Origin: Camelus dromedarius
Taxonomy: Eukaryota
Direction of reading: 5' to 3'
Assembly: GCF_036321535.1 (NCBI RefSeq)
Contig: NC_087436.1
Coordinates: 60,824,001-60,888,000 of the forward strand
Length of the DNA stretch: 64,000 bases
Part shown: positions 50,018 to 64,000 of the stretch, in pieces
Position numbering within the stretch: position 1 is the stretch's first letter
How the letters are laid out: the number at the start of each line of letters is the position of its first letter
Translations under genes and position numbers: made by a program
The notes under the pieces: model-generated
Told to the model about the DNA's origin: nothing
Databases searched by the model: none
Seen by the model: only the letters and a program-made list of their open reading frames with translations

Positions 50018-50665
50018 TGATATAGGAAAAATGGGGTGGAAGAGGATGGTCATGTCCCAGATCTCGGGTGAGTCCCTGGGACATTCCCTGCCAAATGAAA
50101 TCCTTGGCTTCGCACAGAAAAGAATTCAAGAGTGAGCCTAGTGGAGTGAAGGTAGACTTTTTCAGAGAAATACATACTCCATAGACAGAGAGCAGACTGT
50201 TTCAGAAGGCCAGAGAAGCCACAAGGCATGGTGGAGGTGGGTAGTTAGTTTAAAGTAAAAGTAGATACACACTCCATAGACTAAGTGCAGTCCATCTCCG
50301 AAGGCAAGAGAGGGAGAGCCCTTGGGGTGCGTTGTTGCTAGTTTTTATGGGCTAACTTTGTATGCTAACAAGTGGGAGGATTATTCCAAATAATTTGGAG
50401 AAGGGGCTGGGATTCCTAGGAACTGGGCCACTGCCCAATTTTTAACCTTTTATGGTTAACCTCAGAACTGTCCTGTTGCAATGGGAGTGCCATTTACCAT
50501 GTATTACAATGAGCATATAATGAAGTTCAAGATCTACTGGAAGTTGAATCTCCCACAATCTTGGGTCTCAGGGTATACTGGGAGTTAATTCTTCCCCTAT
50601 CTTTGTGCTAAGTGTTGTGTCATTTCTTTCAATAGTTGTGCCCTGCCCCCTTTCCTCCTGTCTCA
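50018..50665 (-). mobile_element. Solo LTR of the same family as 28636-29264
   Basis: Reverse complement begins tgagacaggaggaaagggggcagggcac; colinear similarity throughout; flanks agat/aaat. Confidence 0.9.
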
Positions 50666-52632
50666 AAATGAGGCTGTGACAGTGGACCCCAGATAGGGCT
50701 TTGTTACCAGGTTAAGAATTTTTGAATTTACCTAAAACCAAAGAACCATTCACTCAAAAAACAGTAGTATCAGCATGGTCACAGGAAGCCCTGCTAAGCA
50801 CTGGCCCTATAGTAATGAATAAAACACTAAAACTCCTGCCCTAGTTAAGCCCCCAAGGACTGGGTGGGAGATGCTGGAGGAAAGAAGTTGGGAAAGGGGA
50901 CTGAGCACTGAAGAGCCTTTGGTTTTACTGAGATGAAGGCTTCTGAGCAAGAAATAACTTGACCTTCGGGCACTGTTTATAAAACCTCACTTAGGCTGCT
51001 ACTCTTCCCTGTAATCCATTCCCTCAAATCCACCAAAGTGACTTTTTGTTTTTATTTACTCATTTTTATTTAACTTTTTTATTTTCCACAAAGTGACCTT
51101 TTACAAACAGAATCAGATCTGGTCATTCTCCTGCTCCTGCTTTTAAGCCCTATTGTTTCTCCTGGCAGAGAAACTAGAATCCAAACTGCTGTAACACTTA
51201 AAGAAAAACTCCTAAACAATAAAGAAATTTCAGCAAAATATGTCAATCTGTAAAGAAAATATGATTCTTTTCAAACAGGTTTTTCCCTGTAGTATTTAAA
51301 GCAGGAGGTGGGGTTGGAATTCTTCTCTGGATTAAACCAATTCTAGTGGAGTCTTAGAAGTCACTCTGAAGGCATGCGCAAACCAATGTTCTTCAGTTTA
51401 TCTATTCTACCAAAACCCTTATCTTCAGTTAAAGATCTTTCTCCTGTAAATGGGGGGGAATAATTTATTGTATTTCTCAAACTACCTGTCATAAATGCAT
51501 CAAATAAACAGGTTTGTGAAACACCCTCTTTATTTCTTCCATACTGATTTTTTCTATCCTCCTAGAACCCTACTTTGGAGAATTTGCTTCCAAGAAAATC
51601 AATTTGACACGTATATGGATTTGGTGGGTTTTATGTCTGAGCAAATTTTACTGGAATATGCCTAGGAGACACAAACCAGTTAACATGATATATAAATGTA
51701 TTTCATTTCTACAACATGAAGAAGACAATTTCAGTGTGCAAATACTTAATTTTGGTTTTGTAATACTTTAAAATTTTAATAAATGGAATTCTGAAAAATT
51801 ATTAAAAAGAACTAGGCAGATCTGCATATAATGACAGGTTCAAGATATTAAAGGAAAAATTTCAGGACAGTATGTAATAATTTTAGTTTAAAAACGTGTT
51901 TTATAAGTATATTGTATATGGTTAGAAAAAAGCTTTAACTATATAACTATTAACATTAATTCTTGAGCATGAGTGATATACATGATTTTAGTTTTCAAAT
52001 TGTACATTTCTGAAATACTTATTTTCTACAAGTTTGCTTCTGATTAGTTGTGAATCACAAAAAAAATACAGAATCTAATATTTATAAATTATGTAATACT
52101 TTAGTATTTAAATTCATATTTATAAAAATTAATAAAATAAAACTAAATTACAGGACTACCATAAAATAATGATTGTCAATGATTGGGCTAAAATTTATCT
52201 CTAGGTGTAAATGACTCATTTTATTTGGACTCCAAGATCAAGATGACCTGGAAAATATTCGTGATTATTCTTAAAAGAAAGAAAAAAAAGGTTATACTTC
52301 AGTTTTGCAGCTTAAATTAAGGAACAGTCTACCACCTTAGTTGCAATTCCCACTTTCCTCCTTAAAAAGAAAAAAAAAAAGAGGAGAGGCTTACTAGTTC
52401 CTACTCATTTATTAACCGAGTTTAACTTGGGACTGACCAATAGTTACTCTGCTCACCACCCATTCAAGGGATGGGATAAGATGGATGGTACCTGACCACA
52501 GGCCAAGTTATTCTGGCATAATATCAAATGGGAATGTCAGCATCTGAATATTCCTAAAAAGTCACTGAGACAGTTTCCCTCCCTCTGTGAAACCCTTCCA
52601 ACAGCACATTGAATGGATTTCCTCCACAAAGT

Positions 52633-53227
52633 CGTTACTCAAAAACTGGGTTTGCCTCTTGGTGGATGTTGACCCAAAAGACACGACCAAGCCAAAGACT
52701 GGGAGAGGTACAGATTTATTATCTGCAGCAAGTAAGAAAGCCAGGGATCTTTCCCAAAGGAGTGTCTCCCCAAACAGCAAAATTGGGGAAGTTTTAAGCT
52801 AAGAATATATGCATACTCATGAAGGGGCTTGAGCAGAGGAGAATTCAGCATAGAATTGGGGCAAAGATCCAAGCTTTAGTTGATTGAAGTCACTGAGGGT
52901 CAGAAAAGGTCAACATCATTCCACCCTCCGCCTGTGGGGTCTGGTTCCTGCAGAACTCAAAGATATATATCAGACTGTTATGTAGAGCCCTTGAGGAGGC
53001 ACTAGGACTGTGTTTCATTGCTGAACTGCTTCTTCTTGACTACTTTTCCTTTGTTCCTGCCTTCCCTCATTTCCCTTAAGATCATTAATTACTGAGACCT
53101 GTTCAAGGGCAAGCATTGTGGCCAGGCTTAGATCACAAAATGGCTTAGGCCAAAATAGTTTTTCTTATGTCAAGAAAGCCATTCCTGGTTCTCTTTTTCA
53201 GTGGACCTCCTACCCTATCTGCTTACA
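52633..53227 (-). mobile_element. ERV solo LTR (same family as 62896-63497)
   Basis: High colinear similarity to 62896-63497; ends gcttaca; orientation inferred. Confidence 0.85.
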
Positions 53228-53299
53228 GTGTCACTTCTCCTCCAATAGGCCTATCCTGGCCCAGCCTGGATTAGGCCCATCTTTAATGGATATCATTGG

Positions 53300-53850
53300 C
53301 TGCCATGCATAGTTAAATAAATGGTGCTAAGGGCCATAACATCCAAGCATTAAGTGCTAACAGAGCACATACAGTCAGTCTTACTAGGATTTGTCGTTCA
53401 GATGATGCTTCCTGGAGGATGTGACATTTTAGCAGATCCCTGAAGAATGAGAACAAGTTGCCCAAGTAGAGTGTGTCTGTGTTGGGACAGGCATAGGTGC
53501 TGAGGCCCAGAAGAAACTTCCAGGTGGTTGGAACAGCATGTGGAGGTCTTCTGAGACCGGAAATAGCCAGTGTGGTGAGAGGAGAGGTAGCAGCCCAGGT
53601 CTGGCAGCTCCTTATAGGACTTATTAAGCAGCTCAAACATGGCCCTAAAAGAAATATGAAGGCACTGAGGGAATTTTAGCAGAGGAACAATGTGCTCAGG
53701 TGATCTTATTTACATTTTTTAAAGTTGACTTTTTTTTTAAGTTGACCTTTTAAGGCCTCTGGATGAAGAATGGAATGTAGAGGAGCAGGAATGGGCAAAC
53801 AGGCATCAGCCATGACTAGAGGTACTAGTGGCTTAACTGGTGTAGATAGA
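53300..53850. mobile_element. L2 fragment
   Basis: gcttcctggaggatgtgacatttt, gccagtgtggt, gggaattttagcagagga. Confidence 0.6.
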
Positions 53851-55783
53851 CTGAATGACAGAATTTAGAATCAAATTATAGGACGTAAGGCCTTGGAAGT
53901 CTCCAAAAATCCCTTCCAGTTTCCAAGTTTTATGTCTCAGACAACAAGGAAACCAAGTCCCAGAGCAGCACCATGAATTATTTAATGCTACACAGCTTAT
54001 TCATAGCAGAGCTGGAACTACAAATCAAGTGTGCATTTTTCACGTTCTGCCTTTTTTCATAGACCTCCTTATTTGCCTCAGCAAGTTTGTGAATTTTTTT
54101 AAAAAACAGTGCTTTACTAAGTTATGGTTATAAGAACTTAATTATACTATTATCTCTACTTTGTACATTTGAAAATGTTATAAGAAGCAGTTTTCTAAGA
54201 AGCAGTGCTTTAAAACTGGGGCATAGGTGCAAATTCAAGGCCTTGAGTTTAGCAATGGAAACCATTCCAGAGCTTCCCGAGGCTCCCATACTCACATGGC
54301 GCCCTCTGGGTCCCAGCCTGGGAGACTCAGCTGAATGGTATTTGGACTGATTGCCATAGTCAGAGATAATGCCAGATTGCTGGACTCCATGGCACTTGCC
54401 TGGGGCAAGACACGTAAGGTCTCTTTGAATCTTCTGTAAAATGGGAGTCTATAAGGTCAAATGACAAAAATAATGCAAGCTAACAATGAGTTTGATGTCC
54501 TCTATTCAAAGGAAAACAATCCATGGATTGGGGAGTACAGTGCCTCACAAGCAGAAAAGCACTCTTCCTGAGGGACTTTGGACAAAAGTGAGTTTTTTAC
54601 AGAGCTTAGAACAGGCAACAGGAAAAAGGGCATGGTTGGCTAAGAGGTTGGGAGGTGGGGTGGGTTCCTTTATAAGCCTAGCAGGTCCTATTTTCCAGGG
54701 TAAGGTGAGCTAGCTAAAGCTGAGTTGGAATATTTATTGGTGTGTGTTAGGTTTCCTTGACAGTGAGGCATTTCCTGTACATGCAGGCTGACTTATGTTT
54801 AGATTTGTGACCTGGGCTGGGCCGCGGGGGTGGCCTCCATTTTCTGGGTTCCCATATACCAATTATCTTTATCAATACTTCTTATAAAGGGGTTGTTGTG
54901 AGAACAAAGTGAGTCAGTGTTGGTCCCACATTCCCTGATCACTGAATGTTATTTTTTCTTAACTCTTCCTTGAAATTGAGTAATCAATGTCATCACAGCT
55001 GTCTGCAAAAACCACTAAGGGTGACCACATAATTGTCTATTTATGATTTATACTACATGTTGAAAATAAACTTGAAAGAGTTCTGAGTTTGTTTTATTTA
55101 AGCCGGGAATTGTTGCTCATTTAATAGCTTCCAAATATAGAAAGCAAAGGTAACAGTTTATATTCACTAAAACAATTACATGGAAGATGGATGAGTGGAG
55201 AAGTAATCCTATTGATCTTCAGTCTGAAATCTCTGGGTCTTGGAGGTTGGTGGTTGACAGTTAAAGGAATTAACTTTAGATATTAGTTTCATTTCCAAAG
55301 TAGCTGGTGTGGCAGGCCTTCCTGAAGACAGTGATCAAGGAACTCTTCAAATAGTACCCTCTATTTTATCTATCTATTTTATCTTACCCAGTCTTTCTGC
55401 ACCACATAGATTCCTTGGTCCTAGAAAACATTCAGTCAGTCATCTTATTTTCTCTCCTTTAAAATTTTTTTTTCATCCCACTCTTAACATCAGTGAGGGA
55501 AGATTCAAAGGAGTATGGCTCACACATTGTAAATACCAAATAATTGTTGAGTGAATGAAGCAGTTCATAAACAAATTTGAGCCCTATCATTTAAATGTAA
55601 CATTGTAAGTTGCATAATATAGAAATGCACATTGTAGAAAGTGAAAGTACATCCTATAAGCCCATTCCACAAAATAATCCTGGTTGATAGTTTGACCACT
55701 AATTTTATTAAAAACACTGGACTGAACATTCTTACATATATCAATACAGTGGGAGGTGTTGTTAGATCAAAAGCCTTCTCTCG

Positions 55784-55807
55784 GTGTGTGTGTGTGTGTG
55801 TGTGTGT
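55784..55807. repeat. (GT)n microsatellite
   Basis: Direct reading. Confidence 0.95.
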
Positions 55808-56774
55808 ATTATGACAATGCCAACTCATTCTCCAAAAATGTTGTATCAATTTTCATTCCCCCAAACATAGTATTGTAAGATGTGCCATAATTAAAAATAC
55901 TTTAAAAATTCTTATTTTCTAAATTATAAAACAACACATCCCTTTGTACTTTCAAAGAGTTGGAACATTTTGGGAGCATACAAAACAGAAAATTAAAGTT
56001 TTTTCCACCCTTCATCCAATTTGGGGGATCCTTTTAGAATGAGATGATGTAAGTTTAATATAGTAACCTCCCCAAATCAATTTTAGGGTTTTTTTTTAAA
56101 TTCTTTTTCCCCAGCATAAGTAAACAATCTATGTCTCTCCTTAGAAATTCTGGGCAAGAACTGCCTAGGACTTCTAGGCCTCACACATTCTTGCTTTTCA
56201 AGATGCTACCTACCAATCATCTTCAAATGCACCCACATCTATCTATCTATGTAATAATTTAATATTTTTCTTCTTAAAAATATTTGAGTGTAAGTAACTA
56301 ATTTTTTAGTTATGATTTCTCAGCTTTTCGCATACTCAGGATTTCTTGGGAAGTGAGAAAAATCTACTCTATAAGGTTTTTTAAAAATATAGTAACAATA
56401 AATGCTAAATTTATGAATTAAGTCAACATAATGTATTTGTAGGGGTGGCTGATCTGGTTTAGAAATAATCATAGCAGAACAGAAGTACATGATTTGTACT
56501 TTCTACACAAAACTATCTGGTCCAGGAATTCTTTCAGAAAAATACTGTGGGGCTTAGTTTGGATGAGGAGATTTTCTGGAAGATACTATTGATTGTTTGG
56601 TGGCAGACAGTGTAAGAGATGGAATAGGAAAATCTCTTGGGTTTTTATAGGCTCCCAATCAGCCCACTGGCTGTGCCTATTTCATGATGAAGAGAGGGAC
56701 AAAGAAGTGGAGTATTCTGTAGGAAGACTGCTCTTCAGAAGAGTCAAAGCAATGAAGCAGTGCAACACCTAAGA

Positions 56775-57105
56775 CCAGTGGGTCTCAACCAGAGCAATTT
56801 GCACCCCAGTTAGAGTAGCCAGATTATCAAATAAAATTATAGGATACAACATGAAAATTTTACATATGGCATACTTATTAAAATTATTTGCTGTTTATTT
56901 GAAATTAAAATGTAATTGTGTTGCTGTGTAAGGCAACCATATTACTCGGAGTCATTTCCAGTAACTGGCGTCACAACTAAGCGGGAGGGATGCTTCTAGC
57001 ATCTGGAAGGTAGAGGCCAGGATACTGGTAACATCCTAGAATATAAGGACAGTGCCCCAAAATGAAGAATTATCCAGCCTGAAATGTCAGTGCCAAAGTT
57101 GAGAC
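56775..57105. mobile_element. MER20-like hAT fossil with a nested MER53-like element (about 56810-56940)
   Basis: cagtgggtctcaacc...ggtagaggccagg...aagaattatccagcctgaaatgtcagtgccaaagttgaga; inner tagagtagccagat...ggcaaccata. Confidence 0.65.
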
Positions 57106-57380
57106 AGTCCTACCTAGGCCAACTAATGTATAAGGCATTTGCAGGATTGACCATGTGTGTTTTGGTTTTTAAAATAATAATACTTATTATAATAAAAAAT
57201 TCAATTAGCATTAAAATTATTATTTGGAAGCAGAAATCTCTTGTCAACCTACTTCCCAAATCACCTTAAGTAGTTTGAGTTATTCCAGACATTTTTTCAT
57301 ACCAAAATATATCCTTTAAAAAAATTAAAAACTGGCTCATATGTATGATCTGTTCTGAAACCTACTTTGTAAAAATTGCA

Positions 57381-57631
57381 TGATATAAAATAGACAAACA
57401 ACAAGTTCATACTGTATAGCACGGAGAAATATATTTAATATCTTATAGTAACTTATGGTGAAAAAGAATATGAAAACAAATATATGTCTGTTCATGTATG
57501 TAGTAACTTATGGTGAAAAAGAATATGAAAATGAATGTATCTGTTCATGTAGAGCATTATGCTGCACACCAGAAATTGACATAACATTGTAAACTGACTA
57601 TACTTCAATAAAAATATATATACAAAAAAAT
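57381..57631 (+). mobile_element. Young L1 3' end with an internal tandem duplication
   Basis: aacaacaagttcatactgtatagcac...gactatacttcaataaaa; flanked by aaaattgca on both sides. Confidence 0.85.
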
Positions 57632-58875
57632 AAAAATTGCACAAGTTACTTTAGATATCTTTTTATAGCAGTATACAGTTCTAGTTGGTCCCTTTTAGAA
57701 ACTATGTGTCTATGACTATATCCAAAACCAGTTCCTATTGATGGGCCTTTGGACTATTCAGTTATTTATGATTGCAAATAGCCCTGCATTTACCATTCTT
57801 ATATATATATATTTTTTTTTTTTTTGCAAATTTTGCAAATATTTCTGTAAGTTCTTAGAAGCAGAGTTGCTGGGATAAAAGATATGCACAATAAAGTCTT
57901 CAAAAGTCTAGCCAAATTACCCTCCCAATCTGTAATACTGATTTATACTGCAACCTACGGTGTATGAGACTGCTTATGTATGATTTCTTTATGAAGATTA
58001 TTAATTTATCTACATTTTTTCCCCTGCTAGAACTGAAAAAGCAGTGGAACACCAGCAAATAAACATTTTCAAAAGCAGGTGAAAAGTTCTCATTGGGGCC
58101 TCAGATCTAGTCCCTGATCTCCTGTGCTCCTCTGCATCTGAAGGCACCTGGCCTTTGCCAGCTTTATTTCCTAGGCTTCTGGTAAGCCAGCAGCTGCCTG
58201 GGTTGGCTAATGGGAAACACTGGCATACACTGGAGCAGTCAGGAAGGGAGAAGTCAGGTATTTTTCTTCTCCCGCTGTCCTGGGAAATGTTTTGGGAAGG
58301 ACAGTGGTGTCCTCCTTCACTCCAATTCCTCCATGACTCCACGTTCTACTAAACAGGCCACAGTGGTTCCAACTCCTGTTGTGTGTCTCTAACTCTTTGG
58401 ATGCCCTTTTGGCTTCTAAACAATCACATCACTTCTGCAAAGAATCCTTTGCCTCAGATTTCCTGTTTTAAATACTTAGAAATGGGTTCACTTTCCTGAT
58501 AGGATCTTGAGACATTCTTCACATCAATATTCTAGCATTATTTTCTAAACATATTTTCTTCCACATGTTCAGATATTTTTACATTGTCATGGCCATGTAA
58601 GTTAATATTTCATCTGATTTCTTCATTTAACATTATATCATAAACATATAATATAGACATATCTTTGGGTACTTTTAATAATTACCATATTTAATGGCTG
58701 CACAGTATCTTATTGATGTACTGTGAGTTGTTAATCTAATCATTTAGTGTGTATTTAAAAATTTCTGTGAGAATTGAAACTAGCTTTCTTTCTTGTCTCT
58801 GGGTTAAATAATTCTGGGATGAGGCTAAAATAATTTAGCTATTTGCTCTATGAAATTCTTGCTCCTAGAAGATGA

Positions 58876-59170
58876 TGCTATGGACCAAATAAAATAGTTT
58901 ACTTATCAAAATTAGCAACTTTCCCATTAATACTTGTTTCAAGCCCCTCGCCTTACTTTGCTCACCAATGCTATAAACTCTGCCTATTCCCAGTGAGTTC
59001 CCTGCCTTGCCAGACCTGCTTAGAGTCATGCAACCTGGGCCTAAAACCCTATAAATATCCTCCTCTGATTGTTAAGGTGCTGTTCCCTCTCTCTGTAGTA
59101 CCCTAATAAACTTAGCTTTGCTTAATCAGCAAATTTTCCTGGCAGTCTTTCGGAAGGTTAATAATTGACA
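58876..59170 (+). mobile_element. ERV-type solo LTR fragment
   Basis: ccaat, ctataaata, aataaacttagctttgc, ends ttgaca. Confidence 0.55.
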
Positions 59171-60191
59171 GTGACAATTTACATTATCGGGATTATCATG
59201 AGCAGTGAATGAAATCAAGTCCTGAAAGCATCTCTAAGCAATAATGTACTTCCACTGCAGGGCAGACTGCATCTAAGATGGTGCCCAATGATCACTTCCC
59301 TCCTCTTTTTCTTTCTTGAACCTAATGTGGCTTGAGAAACTTAGAAGAGAATGGCAAAGAACTGACATTTACTGAGCGCTCTGCCAGGCATTCTGCAGGG
59401 GTTTCTCCATCTGTGACCCTGCTTTGTCCTCACCTTAGTCTTAACCAGAAGGCAATATCATTCTGAGTCTCCGGACTAAGAGATGCAGGCTGAGAGAAGT
59501 CAAGGGACTTTCTGAGGTCTGACCCTAAGTGGCAATGCCAGGATTCCACCCAGGTGTGTCTGACTCAGCTTGTATTTCCCCTCCTATTATCACTCTAATT
59601 CTCAGATTTGTATTGTTTTTACTGCAATTATAGAAGGTCAGGCTGACATTTCAGGGCAGGAGGTCACTCAGCCCCTTGTGTAGATCTATGAAGGGGAAAT
59701 CACATTCTAGGGAAGCACTGGTCAAATAGAAATATAGTACAAGCTATATATGTAGTTACAATTTTTCTAGCAGTCATAACAAAGAAGTTTAAAAAAAAAA
59801 ACAAGTGAAATTAATTCTTTAAAGTTTTCAATTTAAAATAATTATAAATTTACAGGAAGTTGCAAAAATAGTACAGTGGAATCCAGTATCCCCCATCTTC
59901 CACTTTCCTCCAGTAACAATATTTTATATAATTATGGTACAATATCAAAACAGGGAAATTGATATTGTTACAATCCACAGACCTTATTCAGATTAATCAC
60001 ATTTACATACATACAGAACTATTATATCACCACAAGGATCTCCCTTGTGGTGTAGCTTTATATTCACAAGCCTCCTTCCCACCCCATCAAATGCACACAC
60101 ACCCCATTCTTAATACCTGGTCATGTCTGATCTATTCTCCATTTCTTTAATTTTATCAGTTTGAGAATGTTACATAGATGACATCATGCAA

Positions 60192-60560
60192 TGTATTAGT
60201 CTCTAGGGCTGCTGTAGCAAATTGCCACAACTAGGTGGCTTCAAACAAGAGAAACATATTCTCTCACAATTTTATCTAGAGGCTGGAAGTTTAACATCAA
60301 GGTGTCAGCTGAGCCATGCTCCCTCTGAATGGCCCCTGGGGAGAGAATCTTTTTTATGTCTCTTCTAGCTGCTGGTGGTTGCCAGCTTCCTTCGCTTGTG
60401 GCTACATCACTCCAATCTGTGCCTCAGTCTTCACATTGCCTTCTCTGTTTTCTCCTCTGAGTGTCTCTTTTAAGGACACCTGTCTTTAGATTTAGGACAC
60501 ACTCAGATAATCCAGAATGATCTACTCATTTCAAGAACCTTAATTTAAAAACACCTACAA
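60192..60560 (-). mobile_element. MaLR (MLT1-like) LTR
   Basis: tgtattagtctctagggctgctgtagcaaattgccacaa...aggctggaagtt..catcaaggtgtcagc. Confidence 0.85.
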
Positions 60561-62144
60561 ATGCCTTAAAACAGCACTATGCCTGGCATGTGTAGCTGGA
60601 GCCCAGAAAGTGAGGGCAAGAAAAAGGAAAATCGTTGGAGGCGATGCAAAAATTAGAACACCAGGTGATAAATGACTTAATTGCCACTTGAAATCAATGT
60701 ATGGATGAGGTATATATTTTGTGAGCATCAACTTAATGTCAGGAAAGATAATCTTGATATTTACTCTGAGCTATAAAAAATCTGAACTATCCTTATGCTA
60801 AGCCTAGATTATACATTCCTGTCTGCCAGATTAGATGTCTCAATGCTCTGTGCACAGTGTTAGGTAAACAGTGCCAATGTCCCTCCTTCATTTTCCTCTT
60901 TTCTGGATTATATTGCAGACTAGCTTCTTATGGAAACATTCTATCTTTTGAGTATAATACAGGAATTTAGATTTTATTTTCGCCCAAATCAATATACTTG
61001 ATTTGATTGAGGTTTGATAGTGTGACGACCACAGTTGTGATTGGATTGTAGTGGTCTGGTTTTGTTTTTCAGAAAGACTTCATCACTGCTTATGTAAGAC
61101 CTCGTTGGAACAAGCCAAGCCCATACTTAAAAGTGTCTGTTCTAGATGGATGCCAAGCACTTCATCTTCAGTCTTGATTTACTCCAACCTCAGCTGGCTG
61201 GCCAATCTGCTTTACTTGACTTTCCTGTATCCCTTCTGGCTCTTCATCTTTCAGCAGAGGAGCAGCCTCCCTGCCTCCTGGGACGACACATTAGGAATGA
61301 CCTTAAGGTAACTGATATCTAGACTTTTGACTCTTTATAAACTATGCCCATGGGCTGCTTAGTTTCCTGAAATTCATCCTCCACCTTTTCCTTGAAGCTT
61401 TGCCTACCTAAAAGCCACTTCACCTCCAAACTCTAAAAGCTCTTACTATTTGTGCTTTTACTGAAGCAGGGTATGTTTTTTTCCCTCAACTAGATCACAA
61501 GATGGTGAAGGTTAAAACCTACTTTATACTTCTTTACTTACCGTTCACTCTCTCACCACCTTTATGCCTTAAACAGAGAAGGCACTTGATAAATTCCTGT
61601 TGAACAGAACAGCTTTAAGGATAGGAAATGACTTCTTATTATAAATTGGTAGACACTATCAGGAGGAAAACCAACATTCTTAGAAATAACATTTTGTGAA
61701 AAGATTTTGAACACTTACCAAAATAATGCAAATAACCAAAACACCACTACAAAGAAAAAGGAGTTTCTATTGTTTATAGTTAAATTTTTCCAGGTTTTAG
61801 GTTTATTGAAGTAAATTTGCTTTTAGTAAAATTTGCCCTTCTAAGTTGTTTGTGTCTATGAATTTTGAGAAATGTATACAGTCGTGTAGCTATCACCACC
61901 AAGATATAGATCATTTACATCACCCCAAAATTCTGTTGTGCCCTTTTGAAGTCAATCCACTTCCCTCATCGCACACTTGTGGCAACCACTGGTCTCATTC
62001 ATATCTCTTAGCTTGCCTTTTTCAGAATAATATATAAATAGAATCTTTTTTATCTGACTTCTTTCACAAAAGCATGATCTCAGTGCTTTTGAGATTCGTC
62101 TGTGTAGTTACGTGTATCAGTAACTAGTTCCTTTTCATTGCTTT

Positions 62145-62685
62145 TGAAGGGGTCAGCATATCCTCTCACTGTGGCATAAAGATTATTTTTAGCAGAAGGC
62201 ATTTGAATTCTTAAAATCTCTTATCTTTCTAAAAGCAGGACTAAAAGAACTCAATTGTCATAAATCCCCTCCCCCGGGATTCACCAGAGATGACTAACTC
62301 TTATGGGTACGAGAAGGCTCCACACATCTAATGAGACATTGTCACAAAACAATTACATCTCCTATCTATTCTTCAGAGGCCCATTTACCTTTCCAAAAAC
62401 TCATTTGTTTTCCCATGAGTACCCTTTCTCCTTCCACTCCTCTTATTGAGAACTGATTTGTTTTCCCATTAGTGTCTTTTTCTCCCTCCTCTTCCCCTTT
62501 TAAGATGGTATATAAGCCCTAAATTCTAACTACCCCTTGAATCACATTTTCCTCTAAACCCTCTGCATAGTTTAACAAAAATATGGTGGTTAAATGTTAT
62601 CTTTTGCTAATCTGTCTTCTGTCATTTGAATTCCAAAGACTCCAATCCCTAAAGAGAGTACAGGAAAAGTTTTAACTCCAGCACA
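62145..62685 (+). mobile_element. ERV1-type solo LTR
   Basis: Begins tgaaggggtcag; gtggcataaagattatttt, tatataagccc; interrupts an L1. Confidence 0.7.
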
Positions 62686-62895
62686 CTTTATTCCATTGTA
62701 TGAGTGTATTGAAATTTGCTTATCTGTTCACTATTTGGGCTTTAGGACTGTTTCAATTTTTAGGCCCTTCCCTACAGGGTCTTTGCATGGTATAAATTTT
62801 CAATTTTATTCAGTTAACACTTGAAATAAGATACCTAGATTATGTTCTAAGTGTCTCTGTAAGAAACTTCTTCAAGACTGTTTTCCAAAAAGGTG

Positions 62896-63497
62896 TGTTA
62901 CCCAAAAACTGGGTTTGCCTCTTGGTGGGTGTTGAGCTGAAAGGCACGACCAAGCCAAAGACTAGGGGAAGTACAGCTTTATTGTCTGCAGCAAGTAAGG
63001 AGAACCTCAGGGATCTTTCCCAGAGCAGTGTCTCTCCAAAAAGAAAAACTGGGCAACTTTTAAGCTAAGGGTGTATGCATATTCATGAAAGCTTGAGCAG
63101 AGAATTAAGCATAGAATTGGGACAAAGCTTGACACAGTCCTAGCTTTAGTTGATTGAAGTCACTGAGGGTCAGAAAAGGTCAACATCATTCCATCCTCCA
63201 CCTGTGGGGTCTGGTTCCTGCAGAACTCAAAGATATGTATCAAAGTGTTATGTAGAGCCCTTGAGGAGGAACTAGGACTGTGTTTTATTTGCTGAACTGT
63301 TGCTTCTTGACTGCTTTTCCTTTGTTCCTGCCTTCCCTCGTTTCCCTTAAGATCATTAATTACTGAGACCTGTTCAAGGACAAGCATCCCAGCCAGGCTT
63401 AGATTACAAAAGGTTTAGATCAGATTGGCTTCTTTTATGTCAAGAAACCCATGCCTGGTTCTTTATCTCAGGGGACCCCCCCACCCCCACCCTTTCA
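62896..63497 (-). mobile_element. ERV solo LTR (same family as 52633-53227)
   Basis: tgttacccaaaaactggg...ctttca; flanks ggtg/gttg. Confidence 0.85.
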
Positions 63498-64000
63498 GTT
63501 GTACCAGTTTTCATTTCTCCTCAATATTTGAATATTAAGGTTGCTCAGCATCCTCATCAGCACTTTATATTGTCTGTTGTTTTACTTTTAGCCATTCTAG
63601 TAGGTTAAGGAATAATTTGATGACAAGGAAATGTCCACCAAAGAAATGTTTATTTATAAACCAAAGCCTGGTTTTAGCTTTGGCTGGGTTGTGTACTTTG
63701 TTACAATTTTGATTTTATTGACTGTGTCAGGAATAAGATCATATGGAGAACATACAACACAGTACCTTATCTCTCCAGGTCTTCACAGTCACGTCAGAAA
63801 GGGGAAGGAAGATATGTACGATAGTGTGCGTTTCACGGCACTTTAGGAGTACAGGCTGGAAGACTTTGCCTCTTTCTGGGAGGAAGGGAAAGGCTGCCAG
63901 AAGTTGTTCTGTTTCCCCTAAATTGATGATGAGCTTTGTAGGTTAAAATGTCAATGCTGGGTCTTGAGTATTTTTAAAAGCAATAGAGAACAATAAGGGT

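Larger units (their letters stand above)
61790..63610 (-). mobile_element. Old L1 3' UTR split by two LTR insertions
   Basis: L1 text at about 61790-62143, 62686-62895 and 63498-63610 continues across the inserts. Confidence 0.7.

Noticed and set aside
54297..54312. Second CTCF motif (tggcgccctctggg)
   Set aside because: Lacks the conserved GTGG end; partial match only.
52633..63497. Two same-family, same-orientation LTRs about 10 kb apart read as one provirus
   Set aside because: The interval holds old L2, MIR, MER, MaLR and L1 pieces with no gag/pol, PBS or PPT, and the right LTR interrupts an L1 with its own near-TSD; they are independent solo LTRs.
1..64000. CRISPR arrays, rRNA or prokaryotic systems
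   Set aside because: The sequence is mammalian; no regularly spaced repeats or rRNA-like segments were seen.

Overview
Repeat-dense mammalian genomic DNA, most likely camelid (three vic-1-like tRNA-derived SINEs). No intact long CDS is present; the ORF track is largely L1/ERV debris or chance ORFs. Main items: (1) A CpG island at about 23.9-24.4 kb holds a minus-strand first exon encoding a signal-peptide-like sequence. It splices in frame to a well-defined 44-nt exon, followed by a string of short candidate exons down to about 2.7 kb, some with lesions. This is either a small secreted-peptide gene or a decaying multi-exon gene that I cannot name. (2) An internally deleted gammaretrovirus-like ERV (about 18.0-21.8 kb) sits antisense in intron 2 of that gene. 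(3) Five LTR-derived, A-tailed inserts have 10-14 bp target-site duplications, and several begin or end at the inferred R-region boundaries of an LTR also present here as solo copies. They look like L1-mobilised, SINE-like retrocopies of short ERV transcripts. The remainder is L1, L2, MIR, MaLR, solo LTRs, DNA-transposon fossils and microsatellites. Repeat family names come from visual recognition, and boundaries of old repeats are approximate.
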